From a virus, in IMG/VR virus record IMGVR_UViG_3300049979_000188: a DNA stretch of 64,000 nucleotides; one strand, given 5' to 3'. Position numbers and translations under genes: made by a program. Shown here piece after piece: positions 1 through 9,511 of this stretch. The notes below the pieces were generated by a model. It was not told the origin of the DNA, ran no database searches, and saw only the letters and a list, made by a program, of their open reading frames with translations. Positions within the stretch are counted from its first letter, which is position 1. Each line of letters starts with the position of its first letter.

Positions 1-797
1 ACGAGGCCCAACTCCTGGGTTAACATAAAGTCGAGGGTCGCGCCAATTGCGGCCGTTTCCACCCCCTCGTTGACTTCCGCCAGCCACGGCACCAGGCCCA
101 GCTCGGCGCGCTTCTCGTAGAGCGTTCTGCCGTACCAGCGACTCCAGCTCATCGCCTCCGAAAGCCAGCGCGGATACTGAAACTGCTCGCCCTGCGTGCG
201 CAAGTCAATGGGCCCGGCCTGCGGGTAATACCAGCTTACGGCGCCTTCCGCTTCCAGGGTAGGACCCAGGAAGACGCGAAACTCTACCGGGTAGCCGTTT
301 ACGCGAACCGGGGTCAGACGCGGCCGGCCCACAATGGTAATCTCCGGCATCCCCCAGTGCAGCTCAATCAGGCGCGGGTCGTCCAAGAAAAGAGGTAGCT
401 TCTCGGGCAAGGGCTGCCCCTCACTCATAGCGTACTTAACCTGGTCGCCGGCGCAGAGCTCCGTGCGCCAGAACCCCCCCGCTTCCGCATAGGCCTCCGC
501 CTTTGCCAGCTGCTCGGCGTCAACTCCGGTAAGCGAATGACCATCGAGCAACTCAAAGACGGCGGGCATGGAAATAGTCGCGATAACTTCCACGGGGATA
601 TAGGGGACCCCGGCTACTTCGGCAATGCGGCACCAGGTCAAGATAGAGGCCGCCTGCATGAGTCCCGCCTGCTGGCCAACCGCTTCGGGCGCCACGCGGT
701 GCTGACGGTAGTAGGTTTCTACGGCCGCGCAGCGAGCCAGGCCCTCGGCTACCCGCGCGTCCAGCAGTTCATTAAAGTTATCGGGGAAGAACTTCAT
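1..797 (-). CDS. hypothetical protein, possibly ATP-grasp-like (3'-partial, runs off the window edge)
   Basis: Hand translation from ATG at 797 (MKFFPDNFNELL...) stays open to base 1; EFRVF, SWYYPQ and TLDFM segments resemble ATP-grasp strands. Confidence 0.55.
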   Translation of the reverse strand, partial: MKFFPDNFNELLDARVAEGLARCAAVETYYRQHRVAPEAVGQQAGLMQAASILTWCRIAEVAGVPYIPVEVIATISMPAVFELLDGHSLTGVDAEQLAKAEAYAEAGGFWRTELCAGDQVKYAMSEGQPLPEKLPLFLDDPRLIELHWGMPEITIVGRPRLTPVRVNGYPVEFRVFLGPTLEAEGAVSWYYPQAGPIDLRTQGEQFQYPRWLSEAMSWSRWYGRTLYEKRAELGLVPWLAEVNEGVETAAIGATLDFMLTQELGL

Positions 798-1062
798 TAT
801 CGACGCCAGGTACGGGGTTATTGGAAATAAAATAGGCCTCGCGGGCTGCGAGCATATACTGCGCCTGTTGGTAGCACTCCTTGGCCACGTGCTCGAAAAA
901 CTGCTCGGGATGGCGAATATTGATAGCGTTCGGATTCGCCATAAAGCCTTGCAATGCCAGGCCAGCAAAGTGGTCGAGCAGCGTTACTTGACCCGCCGTT
1001 GGGTTCTCCCGCACGCTTTGGGGACTGATTAGCCCTTGGGGCTCAGTTGTGTCGAGTTTCAT
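778..1062 (-). CDS. small phage protein with a 'TLLDHFAGLALQG' motif
   Basis: ORF track, start trimmed to MKLDTT; motif resembles the common phage 'RDYFAAKAMQG' family. Confidence 0.6.
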   Translation of the reverse strand: MKLDTTEPQGLISPQSVRENPTAGQVTLLDHFAGLALQGFMANPNAINIRHPEQFFEHVAKECYQQAQYMLAAREAYFISNNPVPGVDNEVLPR

Positions 1063-1072
1063 AGAAACGGAG

Positions 1073-1435
1073 TTAAAACCAGGCCAGGCCCAGGTTGAAT
1101 ACGAAGATAGGCTTCGAGTCAATAGCGGCTGGCATACCCATTACCTTATTAGTAACCAGGAGCAAGCCCTTTACCTCGTCAAATTGGCAATAGCGCTCGC
1201 ACTGGCGAAAAATGGCTTTCTTACTACCCGCAATTTTCACTTCGATGCCCAGGCCGTGCGGGGCCATAAAGTCGATAATGCTTTCGGGCGAAAGGACTAC
1301 TTCCTGGCCATCGAGCAGGCCTTGGTCACGTAGCAGAGCGGCCAGCTGCGTCTGCAACCCTTTTTCGTTGTGGAGCATGAAGCGCTTACCCCGTAGGGCC
1401 CGGGCAACCTGTTCGTAGGTCTGGCTAACGTTCAT
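1073..1435 (-). CDS. PD-(D/E)XK nuclease-fold protein
   Basis: E..LQ...IIDF....GIEVK....RQCERY pattern; start trimmed to MNVSQ. Confidence 0.6.
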   Translation of the reverse strand: MNVSQTYEQVARALRGKRFMLHNEKGLQTQLAALLRDQGLLDGQEVVLSPESIIDFMAPHGLGIEVKIAGSKKAIFRQCERYCQFDEVKGLLLVTNKVMGMPAAIDSKPIFVFNLGLAWF

Positions 1436-1436
1436 C

Positions 1437-2135
1437 TTAAGCAGGTGTGCTGGGTGAGATAGATTCGCTAAGCAGGTAGGCTTTTCGCAGCAAATCTTGC
1501 GGAAGCTGCTTTTTACTGGGTTCTCCAATGGTATGGACGGCCACACCAGCCAGTAGCTTACGCAGGGAAGCTTGCTGCTCGCGCGTGGTCCCCACTATGC
1601 CGTAATGCCCTTCGAGTCGACCCAGGCTTACCAGATTGGGCGTTTGCCCGCCCCGCATTTTCAGATTGGGGTCGTAATAAGCCGCCACCAGCTGACGCGT
1701 GGTGGGGTAAAACAGGACGAATCCCTGACTGCTGCTGAGCAGGTAGCGCAGATACTTTTCGTCGACTATGCCAGGGCTAGTATAGGCTTTACCCAGGTAA
1801 GGGTCCTGTTTTGCGCCCGCTTCGAAGGTCAGACTATGCTGGGGCTTACCTGAATACAGCGGCCCCTCGTGAACCCAGAAATTACGCCAGCCAACCTTGA
1901 CTTCGCTCAGCTTGCCTCCCCTGGCCAGGTAACCCGATACCATGTCTACGACCCAGCAATTATCGGTCTGGCCGGTGGTGAAGCTTTGACCAGTCTCCGC
2001 GCATTTATACGAGAGGTAGCACGTCTCGACCTCAATACCGTTGAACTCCATAACGTAGAGCTCCGGCTGCAAGTGCACAAGGCCGTGCTCCGAGTACGGA
2101 CTGGGCAAGGTTTGCGGGATACTAAAGGGCGACAT
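1437..2135 (-). CDS. hypothetical protein
   Basis: 232-aa ORF tiling with its neighbours. Confidence 0.7.
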   Translation of the reverse strand: MSPFSIPQTLPSPYSEHGLVHLQPELYVMEFNGIEVETCYLSYKCAETGQSFTTGQTDNCWVVDMVSGYLARGGKLSEVKVGWRNFWVHEGPLYSGKPQHSLTFEAGAKQDPYLGKAYTSPGIVDEKYLRYLLSSSQGFVLFYPTTRQLVAAYYDPNLKMRGGQTPNLVSLGRLEGHYGIVGTTREQQASLRKLLAGVAVHTIGEPSKKQLPQDLLRKAYLLSESISPSTPA

Positions 2136-2142
2136 GGCGAGG

Positions 2143-2532
2143 TTACTTTTTAAGGGGGGCTAGCTTTTTGGCGGCACTCAGCTGTTTCTCAAAAATGGCA
2201 AACGCAGCGTGGAAGGCCGCTGTCTCCGCCTCGGCGCGGGTAGGGAAAAGCAGAAACTTATCTTCTTCCCAATCGAGGCGTTCCTTCACGAGGTCGTGGT
2301 AGGTAATGCGAAACCGAAAGTAGCCGGGTGTCAGGTTAGGCGGATGCCCGTCGATGAAAACCAAGAGTTGCTGCTCATCGAAGAAATAGAAGAGCTTACT
2401 CAAACCCAAGTGTAAAACCAGCGGGAGGGAATGAATCCAGGGTGTTTTCTGAATGTACTCGTGGCTGAGCGGGTAGCGCTGCTTGAGCAAATGCCAGGTA
2501 AGGCGCGCGTAGGTGTTGGTAGTATAAGCCAT
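2143..2532 (-). CDS. hypothetical protein
   Basis: ORF tiling with its neighbours. Confidence 0.7.
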   Translation of the reverse strand: MAYTTNTYARLTWHLLKQRYPLSHEYIQKTPWIHSLPLVLHLGLSKLFYFFDEQQLLVFIDGHPPNLTPGYFRFRITYHDLVKERLDWEEDKFLLFPTRAEAETAAFHAAFAIFEKQLSAAKKLAPLKK

Positions 2533-2753
2533 TAAACTTCAGTTTTACAAAGCGGGCAGAGCCAGCCCCACTTTTTTATGCGTTCCCAATCCTTGGCTCC
2601 AACTTGGACGGCTTCACAACGCCCGCAAACAAACAAGGTCAGGGTAGTTTGAAAGCCAATCCGCCCGCCTTCCGGGTTGCGGTCAGTTGCTTTACGCGCT
2701 GGGTTGGTATCGCGCAGCTGTGAGCTCTGAGTGGGTAGACCTTCAATGCGCAT
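2532..2753 (-). CDS. small Zn-ribbon protein
   Basis: CGRC and CPLC pairs; start MRIEG overlaps the upstream stop (TAATG). Confidence 0.55.
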   Translation of the reverse strand: MRIEGLPTQSSQLRDTNPARKATDRNPEGGRIGFQTTLTLFVCGRCEAVQVGAKDWERIKKWGWLCPLCKTEV

Positions 2754-2965
2754 TAGTATGTTGGTCGGCGTTGAACAGGGCAACGAAAGTTGGGACAACT
2801 GAAAAATTCAACTTGCCGGCAGGCATGTCCGCAGCTACCACATACAGCTATTACCGGGTTTGTATCCATTGGCTTAGCTACCGGCAAGAACTCAATCAGG
2901 GGCACGCCTAAGCGCAGCGCTTTTTGCGCGGGTGTTTCGGCTTGTTCGTTTAGTTCGGTTGACAT
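2753..2965 (-). CDS. small Zn-ribbon protein
   Basis: CGSC, CRQ and CPNFRC; ATG just downstream of a promoter motif. Confidence 0.6.
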   Translation of the reverse strand: MSTELNEQAETPAQKALRLGVPLIEFLPVAKPMDTNPVIAVCGSCGHACRQVEFFSCPNFRCPVQRRPTY

Positions 2966-2971
2966 GAGACG

Positions 2972-3001
2972 GTGTACGTAAAAAAGGTTAGTGCGCGTTA
3001 C
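2972..3001 (-). promoter_or_regulatory. phage ECF-like promoter motif copy
   Basis: minus strand GTAACG-N17-CGTACAC. Confidence 0.65.
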
Positions 3002-3630
3002 CCGCGATAGGTTGTCTGCGTGAGTGTATCGGCTGGCCCCTCCATTCCCCGCGTGTAAGGCCGGCGCGGCTCGCCCTTAGCCGTGTAGAAACTGTTGCCC
3101 ATCGGCTTTGCCTGGTAGGTGTAGTAGGGCGGGCGCCGAACAATATCGAGTACCCAGGTAAACTGCAGCTGAGGGCCGTTAAAATCATAGCCCTGCGCGT
3201 TTGGGTTGAAGCCCTCGGCCATGTGGCGGCGTATGAAACCGTTCTTGAGTAGGAGTTGCCCAATTTCTGTGGCCGCACGCTCTTCCAGGTAGCCCAATAC
3301 ATTTGGTCCATCCATATAGCGCTTACCGCTATCAAATTCATGCTTGCTTACGTGGGCATAGGCCCGAATCTCGTCCAGCTCCTTGGGGAGTTCGGCCGGG
3401 TGCCAGCCGTACTGCTGGGCCGCATTGACCAGCGTCAGCTGTTGAATAAACGTCAGGGCTGGGGGAGCTTGCGCAAAAGTCGGGGCTGGGCGGCCCAGGA
3501 GCTCCTCGAACTGCATGCGCGTGAGCCCGGAACGGAAGTAGACTGAGTCCTGGACCGAATACTCAGGTAGGGCGCGTAACCACTTAATGATGGAATCCAG
3601 CTCGGGCAAAGCAGTCGTAGGCGTACTCAT
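2998..3630 (-). CDS. hypothetical protein
   Basis: 210-aa ORF, coupled to its neighbour. Confidence 0.7.
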   Translation of the reverse strand: MSTPTTALPELDSIIKWLRALPEYSVQDSVYFRSGLTRMQFEELLGRPAPTFAQAPPALTFIQQLTLVNAAQQYGWHPAELPKELDEIRAYAHVSKHEFDSGKRYMDGPNVLGYLEERAATEIGQLLLKNGFIRRHMAEGFNPNAQGYDFNGPQLQFTWVLDIVRRPPYYTYQAKPMGNSFYTAKGEPRRPYTRGMEGPADTLTQTTYRG

Positions 3631-4043
3631 AGATGGGGGGCTAACACCTGCCAGAAACGAGCAGGTAAGTGAACGTTGGGAAGGTCGATGGCGTGCACAA
3701 AAAGCGGGGCAATCTGCTCAGGCTGATAGCCAGCGAGTCCACAGCCCACTTCCGTGACCAGGAAGGTAAGCTCGGGGTGCTGGTAAGCGCAGGCCAGAAA
3801 GGCAGCTACGTGCCAGGCAATCGCCGACAATGGCAAAGATACACTTAAATTGTGAGGTTTGGTAGGCAAGGCGTAAGTTTGCCCCACTAACCCTGTTTTC
3901 CCATACTGGGCGCCAATTTTCATGGCGAATTTAGCAGCCCCGGCCCCGTTAATCATGGCCAGGTTCGCCCCAAACACGAACACCTGCCCCACTTCCACGT
4001 GCGTGATGCGCTCGGACGTAATACGCTGCTGCCAGTTACTCAT
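3627..4043 (-). CDS. A1S_2505-family conserved phage protein (macrodomain-like)
   Basis: VFVFGANL...GAGAA...YG...G..GQTYALPTK and FLVTEVGCGLAGY motifs. Confidence 0.7.
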   Translation of the reverse strand: MSNWQQRITSERITHVEVGQVFVFGANLAMINGAGAAKFAMKIGAQYGKTGLVGQTYALPTKPHNLSVSLPLSAIAWHVAAFLACAYQHPELTFLVTEVGCGLAGYQPEQIAPLFVHAIDLPNVHLPARFWQVLAPHL

Positions 4044-4309
4044 TGACCCGGCTTTACACCTAGCTTTTCCAGCCGCTTACGCGCTTCGCGAATCGTGAAT
4101 TCAGCTTCGGCAATCTCGGTGGTGAGCTCTTCGATTTCTTCGTCGCGCTCCAGTTCGGTTTCTTCTTCCCGGTGACACGTGGCGCAGATAACGATACCAG
4201 GATGCCACTTATCGGAGCCGTAACCATCGTGTAAATCAAACCAGTTGCCGCACTGCACGCAAGGGCAGGGGGCGTCCATGGCATCGGTATCGTCTTCAGA
4301 AGCAAACAT
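4040..4309 (-). CDS. Zn-finger plus acidic coiled-coil small protein
   Basis: CPCVQC and CATC followed by an acidic helix; start trimmed to MFASED. Confidence 0.6.
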   Translation of the reverse strand: MFASEDDTDAMDAPCPCVQCGNWFDLHDGYGSDKWHPGIVICATCHREEETELERDEEIEELTTEIAEAEFTIREARKRLEKLGVKPGQ

Positions 4310-4310
4310 A

Positions 4311-4754
4311 CTAGTGGGAAATAGAGGTGATAAATTCCATCCATACGGGCAGCATGGAGGTAATACGTACGCGGGGATAGCGGCGCTTGAACTCGTCCAA
4401 AGGTAAGGTATGCCACCCGTCGTTGGCCAAGGGGTTGAGTACGTGGCCACTAGCATACACCAGGGCCCACCAACCGGTGCCCCATTCAGGGGGGATGGCG
4501 CAGCGCAGGATGCCGGGCCAGGGTGTCGAGGCCACAAAAGGCACGAAGCGCAGCGTAGTAGCATAGCCGAGCTCACGGGCCGCTCGGACAAAGGTTTGTC
4601 CGCCCCACTTTTTCTTGGGCGGTAGTACGCAACGCAAACGCTCACGCGCTTCTTCCAAAGGAAGACCCGTGAGCGTTGCCAGTAAGGCGAGTAGGTAGTC
4701 GTCTGGGTTACTGGTGGTGACCAGTTCGACTTCGTAAGCAGATTGCTGGGGCAT
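4311..4754 (-). CDS. hypothetical protein (possible papain/C39-like fold, catalytic residues not evident)
   Basis: ORF tiling; weak fold resemblance only. Confidence 0.55.
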   Translation of the reverse strand: MPQQSAYEVELVTTSNPDDYLLALLATLTGLPLEEARERLRCVLPPKKKWGGQTFVRAARELGYATTLRFVPFVASTPWPGILRCAIPPEWGTGWWALVYASGHVLNPLANDGWHTLPLDEFKRRYPRVRITSMLPVWMEFITSISH

Positions 4755-4811
4755 CGGTTAAATTATACGAGTCGACCGGCCTGGCGGAAGAGCTTTCACT
4801 TTTTCTGAAAA

Positions 4812-5870
4812 CTACGCTTGCTCATGGTAAAGAGTATGTAACTCATTAAGTGTATGCCCCGTGAGGGCTACCGCTTTCGCTTGGAAGAAGGCCCCAGGCT
4901 CTTCCCGTATGTTTACTTGCGGGAACTTCACATCGGGGTGAGCTGACTTCATCCAGTCTCGTAAGAGGCGGTATACCATGCGGTGGTTACCCGTGCGCAG
5001 CTGACTTTCGAGCTGGGTGGAAAGATACTGCGCCGCGCGAAAACCGCGTAGCTCATCCTCCAGGGCGTCTAGTCGCGCTACGACATCCTCGTTATGGGGA
5101 AGCTGCAGAAAACGACGGATGCGGCCGGCTAATTCGTCATCTTCCCCGCTTCGGCCATGTCCGGTTACGGTTACCTTCACCCCAGTATTATACGGCGTAA
5201 CTACCCCGTCCTTCTGGCTCGTTCCCTGGGCGTGGAGCGTGCTACCCGCCTGACGCCAGGCCGTTTCTGGTTGGGTTAGGGGTTGCACCAAGATGCTGGC
5301 GAATACGGCGCCTTGTACCTCATCGGTGAGTCCGAGCAAAATGGGCGTGAAATAGTAGTTCTCCACGTCTTCCAGAATAGCCCCCACCTGGTAGCCTTCT
5401 TTCTCAACGTTACTGGCCACCACCCGCCAGTTGTAGCGGTTGACCCCGTTACGGCTTACCAGCTCACAGTCTACTGACTCGTTGTAGCCCAGGCCGGGTG
5501 AGCCGCGGAAGACCACATCAGCATAGACGCAGCTGAGTTCGCCACGACCAGCATACGGGCTACCAGGGGGTAGAAATACCCCTTCCAGGCTCCCCGGTAC
5601 CCGGGCCTCGGTTTGGCGAACAACGAGCTCCGCGCCTTGAAAGATTTGCTTGGTGGTGGTAAGACGCTGAAGCTCTCCACCTTCGTAGCCGAGGCGGACA
5701 AGACCGGCCAGGGAGTCGGCGTTGCCGTCGTAATAGAGTAGCCGATGCTGCAGGTCTTTGTTAACGCAGGTGGCCACAAACCAGCCCGTATTGTAGTCAA
5801 TGGGAAACCCCGGGAGCGTAACATAGTACGCCCCGCTCGGGTGCTTACGCAAATGAGCGAAAAATTTCAT
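4812..5870 (-). CDS. hypothetical protein
   Basis: 352-aa ORF. Confidence 0.75.
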   Translation of the reverse strand: MKFFAHLRKHPSGAYYVTLPGFPIDYNTGWFVATCVNKDLQHRLLYYDGNADSLAGLVRLGYEGGELQRLTTTKQIFQGAELVVRQTEARVPGSLEGVFLPPGSPYAGRGELSCVYADVVFRGSPGLGYNESVDCELVSRNGVNRYNWRVVASNVEKEGYQVGAILEDVENYYFTPILLGLTDEVQGAVFASILVQPLTQPETAWRQAGSTLHAQGTSQKDGVVTPYNTGVKVTVTGHGRSGEDDELAGRIRRFLQLPHNEDVVARLDALEDELRGFRAAQYLSTQLESQLRTGNHRMVYRLLRDWMKSAHPDVKFPQVNIREEPGAFFQAKAVALTGHTLNELHTLYHEQA

Positions 5871-5884
5871 GGGTTACTACAACG

Positions 5885-6175
5885 TTAACGAAGCGTAGAA
5901 AGTAAAAAATGATGGGGGTTCCACTGGTGAACCAAGCCGGGTAGCTGGCGCCGGTCAACCTGGATGAGCATCTTAGCCTGGCGACTACTGGTGGGTGGCA
6001 CAAAGAAGCGTACACCCATTTGCTCCAACGTATAGTGCCCGTAGGCCAGTTGCTGCATGCGCTGAGTGAGGGCAATGAGGGGTGCCGTTTTAGCTTCCTC
6101 AGCAAAGAGTGCGGCGTTGGTGCGGGCGGCCAGTAGGAAAAGCCGGTGAGCGGCGCGGCGATGACGAGCTTTCAT
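5885..6175 (-). CDS. hypothetical protein
   Basis: start MKARHRR 5 nt from a promoter motif. Confidence 0.55.
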   Translation of the reverse strand: MKARHRRAAHRLFLLAARTNAALFAEEAKTAPLIALTQRMQQLAYGHYTLEQMGVRFFVPPTSSRQAKMLIQVDRRQLPGLVHQWNPHHFLLSTLR

Positions 6176-6180
6176 GGCTA

Positions 6181-6209
6181 GTTTACGCAAGGCCATAGGC
6201 CCGCGTTAC
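6181..6209 (-). promoter_or_regulatory. phage ECF-like promoter motif copy
   Basis: GTAACG-N16-CGTAAAC. Confidence 0.75.
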
Positions 6210-6871
6210 TGCCCAACCGGCGTGGCCAATAGGCGCGCATCTACCTGCCCCATACGTAAGCCTTGGTTGAGGTGAGGCATCCCCAGGACGAGCTCGCGGT
6301 GAAGCTTAAGCAGGATGTGCACGTGGCAGACTTTCTGCGCCCGGTTTGGGTCGTCGTGCACGCACCAGCACGCCAGGCGCTTGCCCGTTAACTCGGGCAA
6401 GGCCGCCACCAGATGGGGCGTACCGCGCACATATTGCTCGTAGGCAGCCAGCACGGCCGGCCGGTCAGCTTCGCGCTTGAGCGGAAAAGGATTCGCCCAC
6501 ATACTGGCGGTTAGGCCCCGGTGCTCATTGGCCCGGCCCATGTAGAGGTCATAGCGCGCGTGGGGCGTGCGTTTGAGGTTTAGCAGGGTGACATAGGGAT
6601 AAGCCGGATTCTGAGCGGCTAACTCACGGGCCACAAACCAGCTCTCAAACCGGCACTCCGCTACCGGGTAAAGTCCGCCTTGTCGGCCTCGAACAAACAG
6701 GGTAAGAGATTCGGGTTCGTAGAGGCTGGTTAACCGCTCACCGGGTAAACGATTCGTAATATTGCCCATTAGGGCGAAATCAGCCACCACGTCCGTAATA
6801 GCTTCCTGCTCTTGGGCTAACCAGGTAAAGGGCATTCCGTGGTAGTACCGGGCCAGCTTACTAAGCTCCAT
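6206..6871 (-). CDS. DUF4326 domain protein
   Basis: C-terminal YMGR...S.WANPF...Y..Y...L.EL.GK.LACWC...CH..IL. Confidence 0.8.
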   Translation of the reverse strand: MELSKLARYYHGMPFTWLAQEQEAITDVVADFALMGNITNRLPGERLTSLYEPESLTLFVRGRQGGLYPVAECRFESWFVARELAAQNPAYPYVTLLNLKRTPHARYDLYMGRANEHRGLTASMWANPFPLKREADRPAVLAAYEQYVRGTPHLVAALPELTGKRLACWCVHDDPNRAQKVCHVHILLKLHRELVLGMPHLNQGLRMGQVDARLLATPVGQ

Positions 6872-7262
6872 ACACAAAGTCACGTAGTTGCCCGCCCTTG
6901 GCCCGGAAGTCACGCACCAGGCTTACCACCTTACGGCCGGCATCAGTAATCGAGACAAAGGGGTTTACCTCGGTACCCAGGTTCTTTACCCAGTCAATGT
7001 CTTCCAGGTCTTCGAGTACGTCGAGGTCGTCGTGGTTGGGGTCGGGAATGGCACTGCCCTGGTACTGCGTACCATAGGTTGGCTTCCAGGTGGAGTAGCC
7101 CGTACCCAGGCCATTGCCAAAGCCACGCTTATCGGCATTGATACGCAAGCGCTTATCGTCGACAACCCCTTTTTTATCAACGGCACAGCTCTCCAGGTAG
7201 AGCAGCAAACTGTAGTGGTCACGGCCCCAGGTTTTGGTGCCAACGCGTTCGAGCTTATTCAT
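6861..7262 (-). CDS. hypothetical protein
   Basis: ORF tiling. Confidence 0.7.
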   Translation of the reverse strand: MNKLERVGTKTWGRDHYSLLLYLESCAVDKKGVVDDKRLRINADKRGFGNGLGTGYSTWKPTYGTQYQGSAIPDPNHDDLDVLEDLEDIDWVKNLGTEVNPFVSITDAGRKVVSLVRDFRAKGGQLRDFVYGA

Positions 7263-7276
7263 GTGAAAAGTAAGGT

Positions 7277-7522
7277 TTACGGCTGGGATGTTACCGCCGC
7301 CATGGTAATGGTTATGCGCAGCTCCGAACCTTGCCCGATAGTCATCACGCAGGGAAGAGCCGCGGTCGAAGTAGCCGGTTCACGGAGCAACTGGGCTTGA
7401 GCCGCCTCGGCCTTGTCGAGGTTAACCACCAGGTCAGCAAAAAAGGCGATGCAGGCAAACGCCACCAGCACCACCAGCAGGAAGTAGACTACCTCCTTGT
7501 ACTCAGACAAGAACTTACGCAT
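7277..7522 (-). CDS. small membrane protein
   Basis: single hydrophobic helix VVYFLLVVLVAFACIAFF. Confidence 0.55.
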   Translation of the reverse strand: MRKFLSEYKEVVYFLLVVLVAFACIAFFADLVVNLDKAEAAQAQLLREPATSTAALPCVMTIGQGSELRITITMAAVTSQP

Positions 7523-7817
7523 TCGTCTGCTCGTTAACAACATCACGTGGGTCAACAAAGCTGTCGCGCAGCACCACAAACGCCTGGTGCAGGCGCTTGA
7601 GCCGGGCTACTACCTCCGGACTCCAGCTGTGCTTGAGGGCGAGCTCCTGCATGGCCGATTCCTCGGGAGCATCAGGGTCATCGTAGTCGCTCCAGCCCAT
7701 CACAATGCCGTAGAGCCAGGCATCACGCCGATTAGCGCCCATGTCGCGCGAGGTGAAGGCACAAATGTTTTCCAGCGCAATAAGCGGGTTCTCGGGAAGC
7801 TGGTACGGGTTATGCAT
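7515..7817 (-). CDS. hypothetical protein
   Basis: ORF tiling. Confidence 0.65.
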   Translation of the reverse strand: MHNPYQLPENPLIALENICAFTSRDMGANRRDAWLYGIVMGWSDYDDPDAPEESAMQELALKHSWSPEVVARLKRLHQAFVVLRDSFVDPRDVVNEQTNA

Positions 7818-8658
7818 CGAGGGTTACTTTACGGTAGGTAAGGGAAATACGCGGCCCCACGTCCCCTTTCTGGGGAAGTATGGCGTGGAGGTAGTTTTGC
7901 TGGCACGCGGCGTTCATCATCAGCACGTCGCCGTTCTCCAGCTTCAAGTCGATGCGCTCACCCGACTCTTTCTCCCGAAAACTGAAGGTACGCGTAGCCC
8001 CCAGGTTAACCGTGGCAATGACCGGGGCTGGGCCTAGCTGGGCTTCCTTATCCGAATGCCAGCCAATGGTTTGCTTACCATTTATATAAAGGTTGAGCAG
8101 TACGGAGTTATACCCAAAAGCCGTCGACTCGAATTGCTCCAGCTGCTGGCGAATGCCCGTTAGTACGGGCGTAAAGCCTTGACTGGGCAATTCCAAATCG
8201 GCGTATTGGTAAACGCCTTTATCGAAGGCCGGGTCCACGGCATAGGCCATCGCCCGCTTGATGTGCCGCAGCTGTCCTTGCTTGTCGGTCAGCGTGCTGT
8301 ACCAGGTAATATCCTGGGCCGTCTTGGGGTTGCTGCCACGCAAGGCCTCGAAATAAGTCTGGGCCAGCTCGGGCGCAAAGAACCCGGGCAAGTGCAGAAA
8401 ATCCGGTGATTGACCAGCCCGCGTTGCGTTGTAAACCAGCGCGTCGCGCCGCGCATACTCGGTAATGGCGCCCACTTCCCAGCTCATGGCTTCCAGATTA
8501 ACCGCTCCGGGACGAGTCGGATAATCAGAGAAAACCTGCCCTTCTGTGTCACTATTAAGCCGGCCATCCAAATACCAGGTAGTGCCGTCGTGCAGGGCCG
8601 CCGCAATAGTACCTCCGTCACGGTAACGGGTAATACTCTTAATATCGGTAATATTCAT
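7810..8658 (-). CDS. alkB: AlkB-family 2OG-Fe(II) dioxygenase (ALKBH2/3-like) with an extra N-terminal domain
   Basis: YNSVLLNLY..G..TIGWHSDKE...IATVNLGATRTFSFR...L.NGD.L.M....Q..Y.HAI...RISLTYR. Confidence 0.88.
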   Translation of the reverse strand: MNITDIKSITRYRDGGTIAAALHDGTTWYLDGRLNSDTEGQVFSDYPTRPGAVNLEAMSWEVGAITEYARRDALVYNATRAGQSPDFLHLPGFFAPELAQTYFEALRGSNPKTAQDITWYSTLTDKQGQLRHIKRAMAYAVDPAFDKGVYQYADLELPSQGFTPVLTGIRQQLEQFESTAFGYNSVLLNLYINGKQTIGWHSDKEAQLGPAPVIATVNLGATRTFSFREKESGERIDLKLENGDVLMMNAACQQNYLHAILPQKGDVGPRISLTYRKVTLDA

Positions 8659-8668
8659 TGACTTTTAG

Positions 8669-8944
8669 TTAAAACCCGTTGCTCAGGTTTCGGATGCGTT
8701 GCGCCGTTTTAGCCGCACTCACCAGGGCAGCTTCCTGCATGGCCCGGCGTATTTCCCCGTCGGGGTCACTCACGATGTGGGGGCCGCTCAGGTCTGCATC
8801 GTTGTCATTTTCCAGGTAAAGTGTACCGTGGCTAGGGCTGCCTAGTCGCCGGTCCAGGTAGAGGCTGGTGCCGTTGCGCAGATACGCCCGGATGCTGCCG
8901 CCGTCCTTGTAGGCATGGGCCTCGATGATGTCGTTACTGTTCAT
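8669..8944 (-). CDS. small protein paralogous to the N-terminal domain of the adjacent AlkB
   Basis: YKDGGSI...NGTSLYLDRRL versus YRDGGTI...DGTTWYLDGRL. Confidence 0.7.
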   Translation of the reverse strand: MNSNDIIEAHAYKDGGSIRAYLRNGTSLYLDRRLGSPSHGTLYLENDNDADLSGPHIVSDPDGEIRRAMQEAALVSAAKTAQRIRNLSNGF

Positions 8945-9506
8945 GCGCGTCTTGCTCGAAAATGGCGCGCAGGGCCTGGTGAGCTTTTGCTTCCTGCGCG
9001 ATATAACAGTCTACGATGTTTTTAGCCACGGCGTTACCTGGGTCAGTCAGCGCATCCCTGAGGCGAAATTTATAGTAACATCCTTCGCTGTCAAAGAGCA
9101 ACCCACGCGTTTTAGAGACGGGTTTTATGTTCACGTAATACTCTGACTTATCGGCCAGTAGCCCTAGTATTACAGTATCTCTGTAGAGGTTTGCCCGCAC
9201 AACGGGCACATCCGCCTTAAGAAAGACCGGCAGGTCCTGGTCGCGGTGTGAGGCGTAGGGATGTGCCGACTTCCACAGCTCGCGCGCTACCTCAGCCCCG
9301 GCTTCAACTGGTAAGAGCTCTTCACAAGAGGCACTGTAGACGGCGGCTTGTGCACTGGTACGTGGCCCGGGACCGGGACTGCGATAGAGGCGCCCCATTA
9401 GGGGGCTCTTCGGGTTCAAGTCCAAGACAACTACCGTCTGGTCATGCCGCACGGCATAGACGAGCTTCTCGGGTTCATTACGCACTACTAAGGCAAAAGG
9501 TATCAT
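8934..9506 (-). CDS. hypothetical protein
   Basis: ORF tiling. Confidence 0.7.
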   Translation of the reverse strand: MIPFALVVRNEPEKLVYAVRHDQTVVVLDLNPKSPLMGRLYRSPGPGPRTSAQAAVYSASCEELLPVEAGAEVARELWKSAHPYASHRDQDLPVFLKADVPVVRANLYRDTVILGLLADKSEYYVNIKPVSKTRGLLFDSEGCYYKFRLRDALTDPGNAVAKNIVDCYIAQEAKAHQALRAIFEQDAHEQ

Positions 9507-9511
9507 AAAGA

